DNA from: Pseudomonadota bacterium
Lineage (GTDB): Bacteria; Desulfobacterota; WTBG01; CAIYCZ01; CAIRTM01
Length of the DNA stretch: 41,376 nt
Assembly: GCA_024640785.1 (NCBI GenBank)
Contig: JAHEEI010000003.1
Span: forward strand, 1 to 41,376
Direction: 5' to 3'
In this document: piece after piece, positions 1-9,254 of the stretch
How positions within the stretch are numbered: position 1 is the stretch's first letter
Layout: every line of letters starts with the position of its first letter
The notes under the pieces: model-generated
The model's database searches: none
The model's input: the letters and a program-made list of their open reading frames with translations, nothing else
Told to the model about the DNA's origin: nothing
Program-made: the position numbers and the translations under genes

Positions 1-1
1 T

Positions 2-418
2 CCCTTGCTGAATCTTTTTGAAATGGAAGATTATATTGATAATTTAACAGAAAGTTTTTCTCATGGTATGAAACAGCGCCTGGTAATGGCATCAGCCTTT
101 ATCCATAAACCCAGACTTTTAATCGTTGATGAACCCATGGTTGGTCTTGATCCAAAAGGTGCGAGGCTGGTAAAAAAGATATTCAGAGAGGTTTGCTTAA
201 AAGGTACGACAATATTTATGTCTACCCATACCCTGGAGATTGCAGAGGAAATGTGTGACCGGATTGCTATTATACAAAACGGAACAATTGTTGGTGTTGG
301 AACCATCAAGGAACTCAGAGAAAAGACCGGCTCTGAAGGAAGAAAGCTTGAATCAATATTTTTTAAACTTACCGGTGGGGATGAGAGAGTTGAAGTATTG
401 GAATCATTGAGGTTTTGA
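2..418 (+). CDS. ABC transporter ATP-binding subunit (5'-truncated by the window edge)
   Basis: Signature FSHGMKQRL, Walker B/D-loop LLIVDEPMVGLDP, H-loop STH; frame is open to the window start. Confidence 0.93.
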   Translation, partial: PLLNLFEMEDYIDNLTESFSHGMKQRLVMASAFIHKPRLLIVDEPMVGLDPKGARLVKKIFREVCLKGTTIFMSTHTLEIAEEMCDRIAIIQNGTIVGVGTIKELREKTGSEGRKLESIFFKLTGGDERVEVLESLRF

Positions 419-2124
419 CGGTGATGGACAGGCTAGAGTTGTTATACCCAAAGATCATACAAATAAAAAACAGAATTAAGTTTAAAGGCGAACGATCTCA
501 CCTCAGGTTTTTATTGATGTCTGTTTTCGGTCTTGCTTTCTGGTCGGGTATTTTCTTTGTTTTTTTCAGGGTTCTTACATATTTTAAGGGAATTGATGTT
601 TTTGGCGATTTTCTTGCTGCAAAACTGCTTTCCATGATATTTCTTACTTTCTTTTCCATATTAATTTTCAGTAATGTGATAACAGCAATCTCATCATTTT
701 TTATTTCTGAGGAGTTACAGCTCATTATCTCAACTCCTTATGCTTCTACGGAGCTCTATTTTTCAAAACTGACAGAAACCGTTCTTAACAGTTCATGGAT
801 GGTTCTTATGTTCAGTCTTCCTGTTTTCCTATCCTATGGAATAATTTATAAGCAGAGCTTTTCATATTATGTATTTTTAATACTTTCTATTCTTCCTTTT
901 CTTGCTATCTGCGGAACTGTTGGAATTGCTGTTGCCATTGGTCTGGTGAAAATATTTCCGGCTAAAAGACTTAAAGATGTACTTTTTATTATTAGCATCT
1001 TATTTATTATTATTGTTTATTTTATGTTTAGATTTATAAAACCTGAAAGATTGGTAGATCCTGATAATTTCTTTACGGTCATAGACTATCTGTCTGCTCT
1101 CGAAGCTCCGGCATCACCTTTTCTTCCAAGCCAGTGGGTTACAGATCTTTTGTCGGTTTTGCTTTTTGATAATGCTTCAGGCTCAACTATTTTTAATATG
1201 TTACTGCTATGGAGTACAGCGCTGGCATTTATTATTATGCTTGGCTGGCTTTTTAACTCAGTTTTTTATGATGCATGGAATAAAACACAGGAGGTCAGGG
1301 CCACCTCAATTTCAACAGACTGGATATTCCATAAAATTCTTAACTTTATGCTGGCGCCTCTTTCTCCTTCTGTTCGTGCAATTGTAGAAAAGGACATTAG
1401 AACCTTTTTCAGAGATACTTCACAGTGGTCTCAACTTTTCATTCTTTTCGCGATTATTGTAATCTACTTATATAATATCAGTGTGCTTCCCATGGAAAAG
1501 AATCCCATGCCCACTCTGTATCTTCAAAATATTATTTCATTTATTAATCTTGGTCTGGTCGGCTTTGTAATTTCTGCCGTAGCTGTTCGCTTTGCCTATC
1601 CTGCCGTCAGTCTTGAAAGAGATTCTTTCTGGATAATCAAATCCTCACCCATTGGGTTAAAAGGTTTTTTATGGTGTAAATTTTGGGTCAATTTTATCTT
1701 CCTTGTTGTTATATCTGAAATCCTGGTTGTTTTTACAAATTATTTATTGAAGGTTGATGTTATGATGATGGTGGTATCAGTTTTTACTATATTTCTAATG
1801 ACTTTCGGTATTACCAGTCTTGGAGTAGGGTGCGGTGCCATGTATCCCCGGTTTAAGGTTGAAAATGTTTCACAGATTCCGACAGGTTTTGGCGGACTTT
1901 TATTTATGATTCTATCAATGCTTTTTATTGGATTAACTATTGTACTCGAAGCAAGACCGGTTTATTCCTTCATGATGGCGGATTTCAGTAATATCCCCGT
2001 TTCTAATTCAAACTGGATTAAAATAGCCATTCATTTTGTGCTTGTTTTAATCATTAATATATTTGCTTTTTTACTACCCCTGAAAATCGGTTTCAAAAAA
2101 CTTTCTGAATTTGAAAATTTTTAA
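415..2124 (+). CDS. Putative ABC-2-type exporter permease (polytopic membrane protein)
   Basis: About 12-14 hydrophobic segments, KDIRTFFRD and SLERDSFWIIKSSP motifs of this permease class; overlaps/abuts the ATPase stop (alternative starts 421, 424). Confidence 0.85.
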   Translation: MTVMDRLELLYPKIIQIKNRIKFKGERSHLRFLLMSVFGLAFWSGIFFVFFRVLTYFKGIDVFGDFLAAKLLSMIFLTFFSILIFSNVITAISSFFISEELQLIISTPYASTELYFSKLTETVLNSSWMVLMFSLPVFLSYGIIYKQSFSYYVFLILSILPFLAICGTVGIAVAIGLVKIFPAKRLKDVLFIISILFIIIVYFMFRFIKPERLVDPDNFFTVIDYLSALEAPASPFLPSQWVTDLLSVLLFDNASGSTIFNMLLLWSTALAFIIMLGWLFNSVFYDAWNKTQEVRATSISTDWIFHKILNFMLAPLSPSVRAIVEKDIRTFFRDTSQWSQLFILFAIIVIYLYNISVLPMEKNPMPTLYLQNIISFINLGLVGFVISAVAVRFAYPAVSLERDSFWIIKSSPIGLKGFLWCKFWVNFIFLVVISEILVVFTNYLLKVDVMMMVVSVFTIFLMTFGITSLGVGCGAMYPRFKVENVSQIPTGFGGLLFMILSMLFIGLTIVLEARPVYSFMMADFSNIPVSNSNWIKIAIHFVLVLIINIFAFLLPLKIGFKKLSEFENF

Positions 2125-2262
2125 TTTTAAAGATATTTTCTGAAAATATCTAATCATAAAATACTCGGGCAATAATTGTTTGTCATTGTTATGATTGAAG
2201 TATATAATTGTATTGTTAGTAATGACCATATACTTTTCATATAAATAAAGGACGCTTTTCAG

Positions 2263-4035
2263 ATGTCTGATAAAGTAGTTGATCTTGTAGAATTTAAAAA
2301 TATATCAGCTGAGAAGCTATTAAAACTGCCCCAAAATTCAGCTGAGAAGCTGTTTAACAGCCTGCCTGTCCAACAAAAAGCGGAGCTTGTTATAAGTGCT
2401 CCTTTTAAAGATAGAATTGATTTAATTTTAATGTCAGATGATACAAGAGCACTGGTTCAAGCACTTCCCGAAGAAGAGGTTTACTGGACAATAAGAGAAA
2501 GGGGACGGGCGGACTCCCTTTCAATAATTTCCAGGACATCTCATGAACAGTTTCAGTATTTTATTGATATTGATTGTTGGAACCGTGATGAAATTGATTT
2601 TAATAATATCGCGGAGTGGTACACACTGCTTGGGAAATGTAATGAAGTAAAAGTTGTTGAGTGGTTTGAAAATGCGGATGAAAGATTTCTTATCTCAACT
2701 TTAAAACGTTTTATGGGCATATCAAAGATTGAATCTGAGGCTGATATTTTAGAAGAGTACGAGGATATGCCCAATGATACCTTGGACAGTGTGTATTATT
2801 TTCAGTTTGCGGATGATGAGTCAAGACTGGTTTTAATGCCGCTACTGAGTGTGCTGTACAAGTATGACAGCAGTCTCTTTTATTCGCTCATTGAAGGGGT
2901 ACTATATGATTTTGTAACTGAAGCGGATGAAGAAGCCTTTAGGTGGAGACAGGTCAGGATTTCCGAGAAAGGATTTCCTGCAATAGATGAAGCGCTTGAA
3001 ATTTATCAGCTTGTCTCTGATCGTGAGATTGAAGCCTTAAAGCAAACCCTTAATAATGTTAGGGAATTAAATGAAGAGAATAAAACCTCTCTCAGGTATC
3101 TTTTGTCCGTTGAAAATGCGCCATCCTTTTTTTCAGATGCAATTAAACATATTAGTGATGAAAAAGCGCTATATGATATCCAAAAAAATATCATAAATTT
3201 AGCAAACAAGATAATAATGGCAGATTGTCTTGAGATCAGGGAAATTAAGGATAAAAAAAAGGCAATTGATAAGGCTGAAGGTTATATTAATATCGGTCTT
3301 GAGATCATATCCGAAGAAGATATGTCAAAAGCGGTTGAGGTTTTAGTTTCTGTTCATCCTCTTGAGCTGTTTAGAATCGGCTATAGTTCCGGATTAAAGC
3401 TTAAAAACAGGATTAAAAAATATATCCTAAAGTATGGCGAGCAGATATTATCATTTGCCGATGCGCCCTATTCTGAGTCGATATCCGGTCTGCTTCAAAA
3501 AAGGCCGAAGTATTTTGAAGGTCTGAGTGAGAAAGATTCAATTACTCTACGGGATTTTAAAAATATCTACGAGATTAAATATACAGAAGAGGCAGTTAAT
3601 TATTTGATATTTTGTAACAGATTGATATTCGACTGTTTTAAGCTTGACCATGAATATTTGACGGGTGCTTTTCAGGATAAAGTTCATAATAATGCAGGAG
3701 CAATAACCTATATTTCTCTTTTTAATACAATAATGGTTAATAACATCTGTAAGGGTTCTTCAGGCCCTGACCCTTTGACTGGCAATGAAGCAGGGGTTTT
3801 TATAAAGACAGCATTTGATAATAAAAACGGAGTTCTTTCCTTGAAAAAGGGTTTCAAAGCGGAAGTGTTTGCCTGGATTAAAAAAAGGGTTAACTCGGAA
3901 AAACAGGAGATAAGCATTCTAAAACATTTTGTTGAACAGGCTTTAAAAATGATCAATGAAGATATAAACAGCTTTTCCTCAAATGATACGATTGACATCA
4001 GGTATATTAGTGCGTTATTATTTAAGAAAGATTAA
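2263..4035 (+). CDS. Conserved hypothetical helical protein, DUF6178-like
   Basis: 590-aa ORF with AAGGA RBS; motifs LVQALPEEEVYWTIRERG, QYFIDIDCW, RWRQVRISEKGFP, GYINIGLE, LFRIGY recalled from the DUF6178 family. Confidence 0.75.
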   Translation: MSDKVVDLVEFKNISAEKLLKLPQNSAEKLFNSLPVQQKAELVISAPFKDRIDLILMSDDTRALVQALPEEEVYWTIRERGRADSLSIISRTSHEQFQYFIDIDCWNRDEIDFNNIAEWYTLLGKCNEVKVVEWFENADERFLISTLKRFMGISKIESEADILEEYEDMPNDTLDSVYYFQFADDESRLVLMPLLSVLYKYDSSLFYSLIEGVLYDFVTEADEEAFRWRQVRISEKGFPAIDEALEIYQLVSDREIEALKQTLNNVRELNEENKTSLRYLLSVENAPSFFSDAIKHISDEKALYDIQKNIINLANKIIMADCLEIREIKDKKKAIDKAEGYINIGLEIISEEDMSKAVEVLVSVHPLELFRIGYSSGLKLKNRIKKYILKYGEQILSFADAPYSESISGLLQKRPKYFEGLSEKDSITLRDFKNIYEIKYTEEAVNYLIFCNRLIFDCFKLDHEYLTGAFQDKVHNNAGAITYISLFNTIMVNNICKGSSGPDPLTGNEAGVFIKTAFDNKNGVLSLKKGFKAEVFAWIKKRVNSEKQEISILKHFVEQALKMINEDINSFSSNDTIDIRYISALLFKKD

Positions 4036-4076
4036 ATCGATATTTCAAACAGACAACATGAATAAAGGAGGAAATC

Positions 4077-4304
4077 ATGCCGCACAAAGACATACCCCAT
4101 ATTGCAGCAACACTTCAGGTAGCTTTTTATGCTTCATATCAGGTTCCTGAATATAAGGATTTAAGTCTGGAAAAACGCAGACAGAAAGTGGTTGATGATT
4201 ATATTTCATCACTTAAGCTGGCTGATGTAATCTTTGAAAAAGCAATACATGAGAAATTGCCGCCTGACCAAGAGAGGATAATGGAAAAATATATTAAGGG
4301 ATAG
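4077..4304 (+). CDS. Small hypothetical protein (75 aa)
   Basis: Strong AAGGAGG RBS just upstream of ATG; fills the gap between co-oriented genes; no recognised domain. Confidence 0.75.
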   Translation: MPHKDIPHIAATLQVAFYASYQVPEYKDLSLEKRRQKVVDDYISSLKLADVIFEKAIHEKLPPDQERIMEKYIKG

Positions 4305-4393
4305 TTTGTTTGGGTCCTGCATTATTATTACATCCGTCAGTTAATCTGACCTATCTGATGCAGGACCATATTTTCAAATTTTTGGAGAGTTCG

Positions 4394-4723
4394 ATGCCAA
4401 TATATGAGTATCAGTGCAACAAGTGTAATGCAGCCTTTGACTGTGTAGTGATGAGCGTATCAGAAAAGTTTGAGCCTAAATGTGAAAAGTGCGGAAGCAC
4501 AGATGTGAAAAAACTGGTTTCCCAGGTCAGGTATATGTCAGGACCGGAAGAAAGCTGCCTTGCTTCAAACGTCGAAAACAGGTTATTGCAGTCAATGGGT
4601 GGAAAAGTAGATTCGAATATTCAAAAAGAAATTAAAGAACTTTCTAAACAGGCAGCCAAAAGAGGTAAAAAACGTTATGCCAGTATGATGGATACCGGCA
4701 AGTCAGAAAATATTGATTATTGA
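4394..4723 (+). CDS. FmdB-family zinc-ribbon protein
   Basis: MPIYEYQCNKC...PKCEKCGS..VKKLVS motif; ATG at 4394 with GGAG RBS is more plausible than the ORF-track start at 4310. Confidence 0.9.
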   Translation: MPIYEYQCNKCNAAFDCVVMSVSEKFEPKCEKCGSTDVKKLVSQVRYMSGPEESCLASNVENRLLQSMGGKVDSNIQKEIKELSKQAAKRGKKRYASMMDTGKSENIDY

Positions 4724-4947
4724 TTTAAAAGTCAGATTTTTGCATTAATTTAAAAGTTGTTTTGAATTCGCCCTTCAAATTCATTTCTTTTGTGATATTC
4801 AACATCTCAGAAGTTGTCTCGATAAATATCCTTTTCATAGCACTTATATTAATATATGCATTTTTAAGGCCTCATAATGTCAGCCTGTTAAAGTTAATAT
4901 TTGTCATTTTATGATTTAATCAATAATAATTTACAGGAGAATGTAAA

Positions 4948-5280
4948 ATGAAGAAATGTTTTACGATTTTAATTGCCATTAGTTTCATATTTATCGGAAC
5001 TGCTATTGCTGAAAAACCGGTTCTGGTTTCAAAAAAGAAGGCAGTAAAAGAAGATATGAATGTTCAAAAAAAGGAAATGAAAGATTATAGTGTTGATGAG
5101 ACGGGGAAAAAAGAAAAAAACACGAAGAAAATAATCGATGATAAAAAAAAGGGCCAGAAGAAACAAGAAGAGAAAAAGTCATCACAGGTTCAAAAAGAAT
5201 TGGATAAGGATTCAGCAAAGGGGCAGGAGGTCAGACAACAACGTAAAAAATGGTGGAAGTTATGGGGTGGTACCGAATAA
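4948..5280 (+). CDS. Exported Lys/Glu-rich low-complexity protein
   Basis: AGGAG RBS, Sec signal peptide (MKK + hydrophobic core + AIA), highly charged body, C-terminal KKWWKLW. Confidence 0.8.
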   Translation: MKKCFTILIAISFIFIGTAIAEKPVLVSKKKAVKEDMNVQKKEMKDYSVDETGKKEKNTKKIIDDKKKGQKKQEEKKSSQVQKELDKDSAKGQEVRQQRKKWWKLWGGTE

Positions 5281-5498
5281 AATCCTTGAATCGCTTTTCA
5301 TCATACTACATTGTGTGTGTGGTGGGGTGATGTGAATAAGACTATTTCTGTAATACTTACTATCATAAATTCGAGTAAAAATTATTAAAAATATATATTT
5401 GGGTTCTAATAATGCGGAACAATTTATAGGTGCATGAGCCACTGATCTGTTTATCTGTTTAGGTGAACAGCAAAGCCAAAGGATTGAAAGGATTAAAT

Positions 5499-5744
5499 AT
5501 GGACAATTTAGCTGCAATTAGAGAATTTGTTGGCTAGTGTTCAGTCATCAATACCGCATTATTGATATTCACAAGCGTATTTATACTCCTGTTACGCAGA
5601 CCAATCTCACGTATTCACAGCAAGATGTTTAACATGGATGAAAGTAATCTGTCTTCTGCTTACTTTCAATTTTTGGCACAATACAAGATTGTCATAATTG
5701 TTTTAAATATTGTCCCATACATTGCCCTGAGGATACTGAGTTAA
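5499..5744 (+). pseudogene. DUF6868-like small membrane protein interrupted by an in-frame TAG
   Basis: AAGGA RBS + ATG 5499 reads MDNLAAIREFVG*CSVINTALLIFTSV..., continuing in frame into the 5562-5744 ORF ending NIVPYIALRILS; TAG at 5535-5537 sits where the family has GWC. Confidence 0.7.
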
Positions 5745-5850
5745 ATTATTTAATAGTGGGACAAAGGTGTGGGAGTACGTATAGAAATCTGATACAAATG
5801 GGGATGAGCGGGTTTATTGAATTCCTCCTTTTTGTTTTAAATATTTTTAA

Positions 5851-8301
5851 TCAACCGATACCCGCAAGTTCGAGGCGGCCTTTCCACCTTTCAAACAGCA
5901 GGCGCTTAAGCAGTTGATGCTCCGGGTTTGTTAGTTCAGGATCTCTGTCAATCAGATCAAAGGCTGATTTTCTTGCATCCACCAAAATCTTAATATCCCG
6001 TCCAATATGTGCGACCCTGAAATCTGGAAGGCCGGACTGACGAGTTCCCAGAAATTCACCCGGACCTCTTATATTAAAGTCCTCTTCCGCGATCTTAAAC
6101 CCGTCATTTGTCTTTGACATGACCGTTAAGCGCTGTTTGGCTTCATCAGATTTTTTATACTGAGCAAGCAGGATACACATTGAATCAGCTGATCCTCTGC
6201 CCACACGGCCCCGCAACTGATGAAGCTGTGAAAGTCCGAACCTTTCCGCGTGCTCAATAATGATTAGGGAGGCATTGGGTACATCAATTCCAACCTCTAC
6301 AACTGTTGTTGAGACAAGGATATTAATTCTTCCTTCTTTAAATTTGTTCATGATGGCATCTTTTTCAGCACCTTTCATGCGTCCGTGTACCAGCCCCACT
6401 TTATATCCCGGGAAAATGTCTTTTTGAAGATGGGCGGCCATGTTTGTCGCATCAAGAAGATCGATTTTTTCAGATTCTTCAACCAGCGGATAGACAATGA
6501 ATGCCTGCCTTTTTTTTTCAAGTTCCTGACTGATAATTCTGTAGACGTCTTCCCGTCTGTTTTCATGTAAAACTTTTGTCTTGATGGGTTTCCTGCCGGG
6601 AGGGAGCTCATTAATAATTGATATATCTAGATCGCCGTAAACCGTTAAACCAAGGGTCCGCGGGATTGGTGTTGCCGTCATTACCAGGACATCGGGGTTT
6701 TCTCCTTTTCGCTTGATTTCTGCGCGCTGCATAACCCCGAATTTATGCTGTTCATCAATTACCGCAAATCCAAGATTCTTAAAATCTACGCCTTCCTGAA
6801 TTAGCGCATGGGTGCCGATAATGATATCTGATTCACCGTTTTTAATTTTAACAAGGGCAGCGTCTTTTTGTGCTTTGGGTTGGCTGCTGGTAAGAAGGAC
6901 TACGTTAATTTTGAGTTTATCAGTTAGGCACGCTATGGTTTTCAAATGCTGTTCAGCCAGAATTTCGGTTGGCGCCATGATGGCGGATTGATATCCGTTT
7001 AGCTTTGCGCAAAAACAGGCAATCAGGCATACCACGGTTTTACCGCTTCCCACATCACCCTGAATAAGACGGTTCATGGGATAAGGCTTTTTCATATCTG
7101 TAAAAATATCATCAACAGATCTTTGCTGTGCATTTGTTAACGAAAAGGGGAGAGTTTTTAAAAATTTATTAATTTTGTCCTGATGTATTTTAAAAGAAAT
7201 TCCAGGTTCGATAGCCATGCCTTTTTTTCTTAAGGCAAGAACTGTCTGCAGCATAAAGAATTCATCAAAAACAATTCTTCTGTGATATTCAGACTGCATT
7301 TCAAAGAGTCTATCAATGTCATCTTCTGTGCCCGGAAAGTGAACATGCTGAAAAGCCGTCGCGAGAGGAATCAGGCCATTTTTCTCTTTGATATTATCAG
7401 GCATGACATCGGGAATAAATTTACAGAAATTAATGACTGTGAACTCCATTATTTTCTGCATATTTTTCTGGTGTATTCCTTCTGTTAAAGGATAAACCGG
7501 GAGTATTTTAAGTTTTGATTCAATGGTATCATCCCCTGCAAAGATGTCAATTTCAGGGTGATGAACTTCTTTTTGATATCTGAAGTTTGAGATTGTACCA
7601 GACAGGATTACCTCTGTCCCTTCTTTAAATCTTTTTTTGAGAAGGTTTTTATATTTATCGTTTATCCTGAACCATTTTGCAGAAAGATTTTGTGATCCGT
7701 CACTTATCAGAATCTCAAAAAGTTTGTTTCTTCCGGCAAAAGCCCTGCTGGATATACTCATGACCCTGCCGATAATTGTGACGTGTTCTCCGGAATTTAC
7801 TTGAGAGATTTTTTTAATTCTTCTACGGTCAATATAGTTCCGGGGTATAAGATAGAGCAGGTCCTCAATATTGTTAATATTCATCCGTTTAAGAGCTTCG
7901 GAGATCTTTGGGCCGACGCCTTTGATTTTATCAACCGGTGTCGAAAGCATATGGATACTTTCTAAGAAACTGGTATTTTTAATGGGAGCTTCTTTTTTTA
8001 TGGGCTTGTTATTTTGTGAAATGTCAATTCTGTTAATGGTTAATAAAGCAGCTTTAATGAGCTCTTTTTTCTTATCATGTGTCAAATTATGATAACCCTT
8101 GAAGTCCTGTTCAAGGGTTATCAGGCTATTTCTGGCTTTATTAGAGGATATAAAAGACAAGGCTTTTTCAACCAAAGAAGGTATGAGTTCTTCAATGCCT
8201 TTTATATTTAAAAGAGAAGAGAAGTTATTTTTTGATGCAAAAATAAGAGGCCGCTCTATCGCAGCAAATATGGATTCAAGGTTCTTGAATTTATCTTCCA
8301 T
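5851..8301 (-). CDS. recG: ATP-dependent DNA helicase RecG
   Basis: QGDVGSGKT, IDEQHKFG, MTATPIPRTL, HQLRGRVGRG, RGPGEFLGTRQSG, wedge/OB domain. Confidence 0.98.
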   Translation of the reverse strand: MEDKFKNLESIFAAIERPLIFASKNNFSSLLNIKGIEELIPSLVEKALSFISSNKARNSLITLEQDFKGYHNLTHDKKKELIKAALLTINRIDISQNNKPIKKEAPIKNTSFLESIHMLSTPVDKIKGVGPKISEALKRMNINNIEDLLYLIPRNYIDRRRIKKISQVNSGEHVTIIGRVMSISSRAFAGRNKLFEILISDGSQNLSAKWFRINDKYKNLLKKRFKEGTEVILSGTISNFRYQKEVHHPEIDIFAGDDTIESKLKILPVYPLTEGIHQKNMQKIMEFTVINFCKFIPDVMPDNIKEKNGLIPLATAFQHVHFPGTEDDIDRLFEMQSEYHRRIVFDEFFMLQTVLALRKKGMAIEPGISFKIHQDKINKFLKTLPFSLTNAQQRSVDDIFTDMKKPYPMNRLIQGDVGSGKTVVCLIACFCAKLNGYQSAIMAPTEILAEQHLKTIACLTDKLKINVVLLTSSQPKAQKDAALVKIKNGESDIIIGTHALIQEGVDFKNLGFAVIDEQHKFGVMQRAEIKRKGENPDVLVMTATPIPRTLGLTVYGDLDISIINELPPGRKPIKTKVLHENRREDVYRIISQELEKKRQAFIVYPLVEESEKIDLLDATNMAAHLQKDIFPGYKVGLVHGRMKGAEKDAIMNKFKEGRINILVSTTVVEVGIDVPNASLIIIEHAERFGLSQLHQLRGRVGRGSADSMCILLAQYKKSDEAKQRLTVMSKTNDGFKIAEEDFNIRGPGEFLGTRQSGLPDFRVAHIGRDIKILVDARKSAFDLIDRDPELTNPEHQLLKRLLFERWKGRLELAGIG

Positions 8302-8513
8302 TAATCTTTAAGGGTTATATTATTTGGTGATAAATTTATGTTTGTTAAATTGCCCTCTAATACTACTTATAATTCCAAAAAAATTTATAACTGATTTTTA
8401 AACCTATATCATAAATATCTCTGTGCATAAACCTTCCAATTAATATTATGGAGATTGTGGCTTAAATCTTGAAGTAAATTACATTAAAAAGAAAAGATAT
8501 CTTGAAGGAGATT

Positions 8514-9254
8514 ATGCAAATTTTTTTATAGATGAAATTTAAAAAATCGATACTCTGATGCAGGGCAGGGTTTCAGAAAAATCAGGATATGAAAATATTA
8601 TAAAACAGGATAAAAAGTCATTTATTTTAATGATATACCGAGCGCTAATATCTTAGAATAAAAGTAATAAAGAAGGTTTTGTTTCATTCAAATATCATTT
8701 CCATGGGAAAACTTTAATTTCTATCGGAAATAATCCAGTTTTAGCTTAAAAGTTTATTTTTTACCTTTGTCAAGGACTCATAAGAGAAAAGTTCTGACTT
8801 TAATGTCGATTATCTATCCTTAAAACATTTAAAAAGTAGTAGATTAATTGACTTACTGGAATCAAAGATTAAACAGTCTGATCCAGTTATATCAGCCGTA
8901 AAGTAGCATAATATAAAAAATTTGTTTAATGAAAAGTCAAAAAAATTAAAAGTTAATTCTGGGTTGATCCGTTAATTGATCAGGACAGAAAGTGATTTTA
9001 ATTTAGATTTTACATTATTCAAGGAGGTACTGGGGCTAATTCAGCTTAAACCTGGGAGTGCAAGGGATCTTGCGGTTATGATAACTTATGATATTTGAAA
9101 ACGTGATCTGCTGAACAAATTATTTAAAGGCTCTTTTAACCGGAATGAAGCAAACACGGATCTTGCGCTTGGGGCTTATAACTGGGGTATTATAAATATT
9201 GAGTAGGATCCTGAGAACTTTCCGCGCGAAACATGTAATTACTTGCAAAGATAA
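8514..9254 (+). pseudogene. Decayed soluble lytic transglycosylase (SLT domain)
   Basis: Manual translation of 8964-9254: LIR*LIRTESDFN...LGLIQLKPGSARDL...DLALGAYNWGIINIE*DPENFPRETCNYLQR*, i.e. ES, GLMQ-like, AYN and ETxNY motifs with stops and a local frameshift; 5' boundary (AAGGAG + ATG 8514) tentative. Confidence 0.85.

Noticed and set aside
4310-4393. N-terminal 28-aa extension of the FmdB ORF in the ORF track
   Set aside because: The family starts at MPIYEY (4394) with its own RBS; the extension overlaps a stem-loop
5400-5480. Possible c-di-GMP riboswitch (GCAAAGCC word) upstream of the DUF6868-like gene
   Set aside because: The GGCAAAC/GAAA P1-P2 architecture is not present
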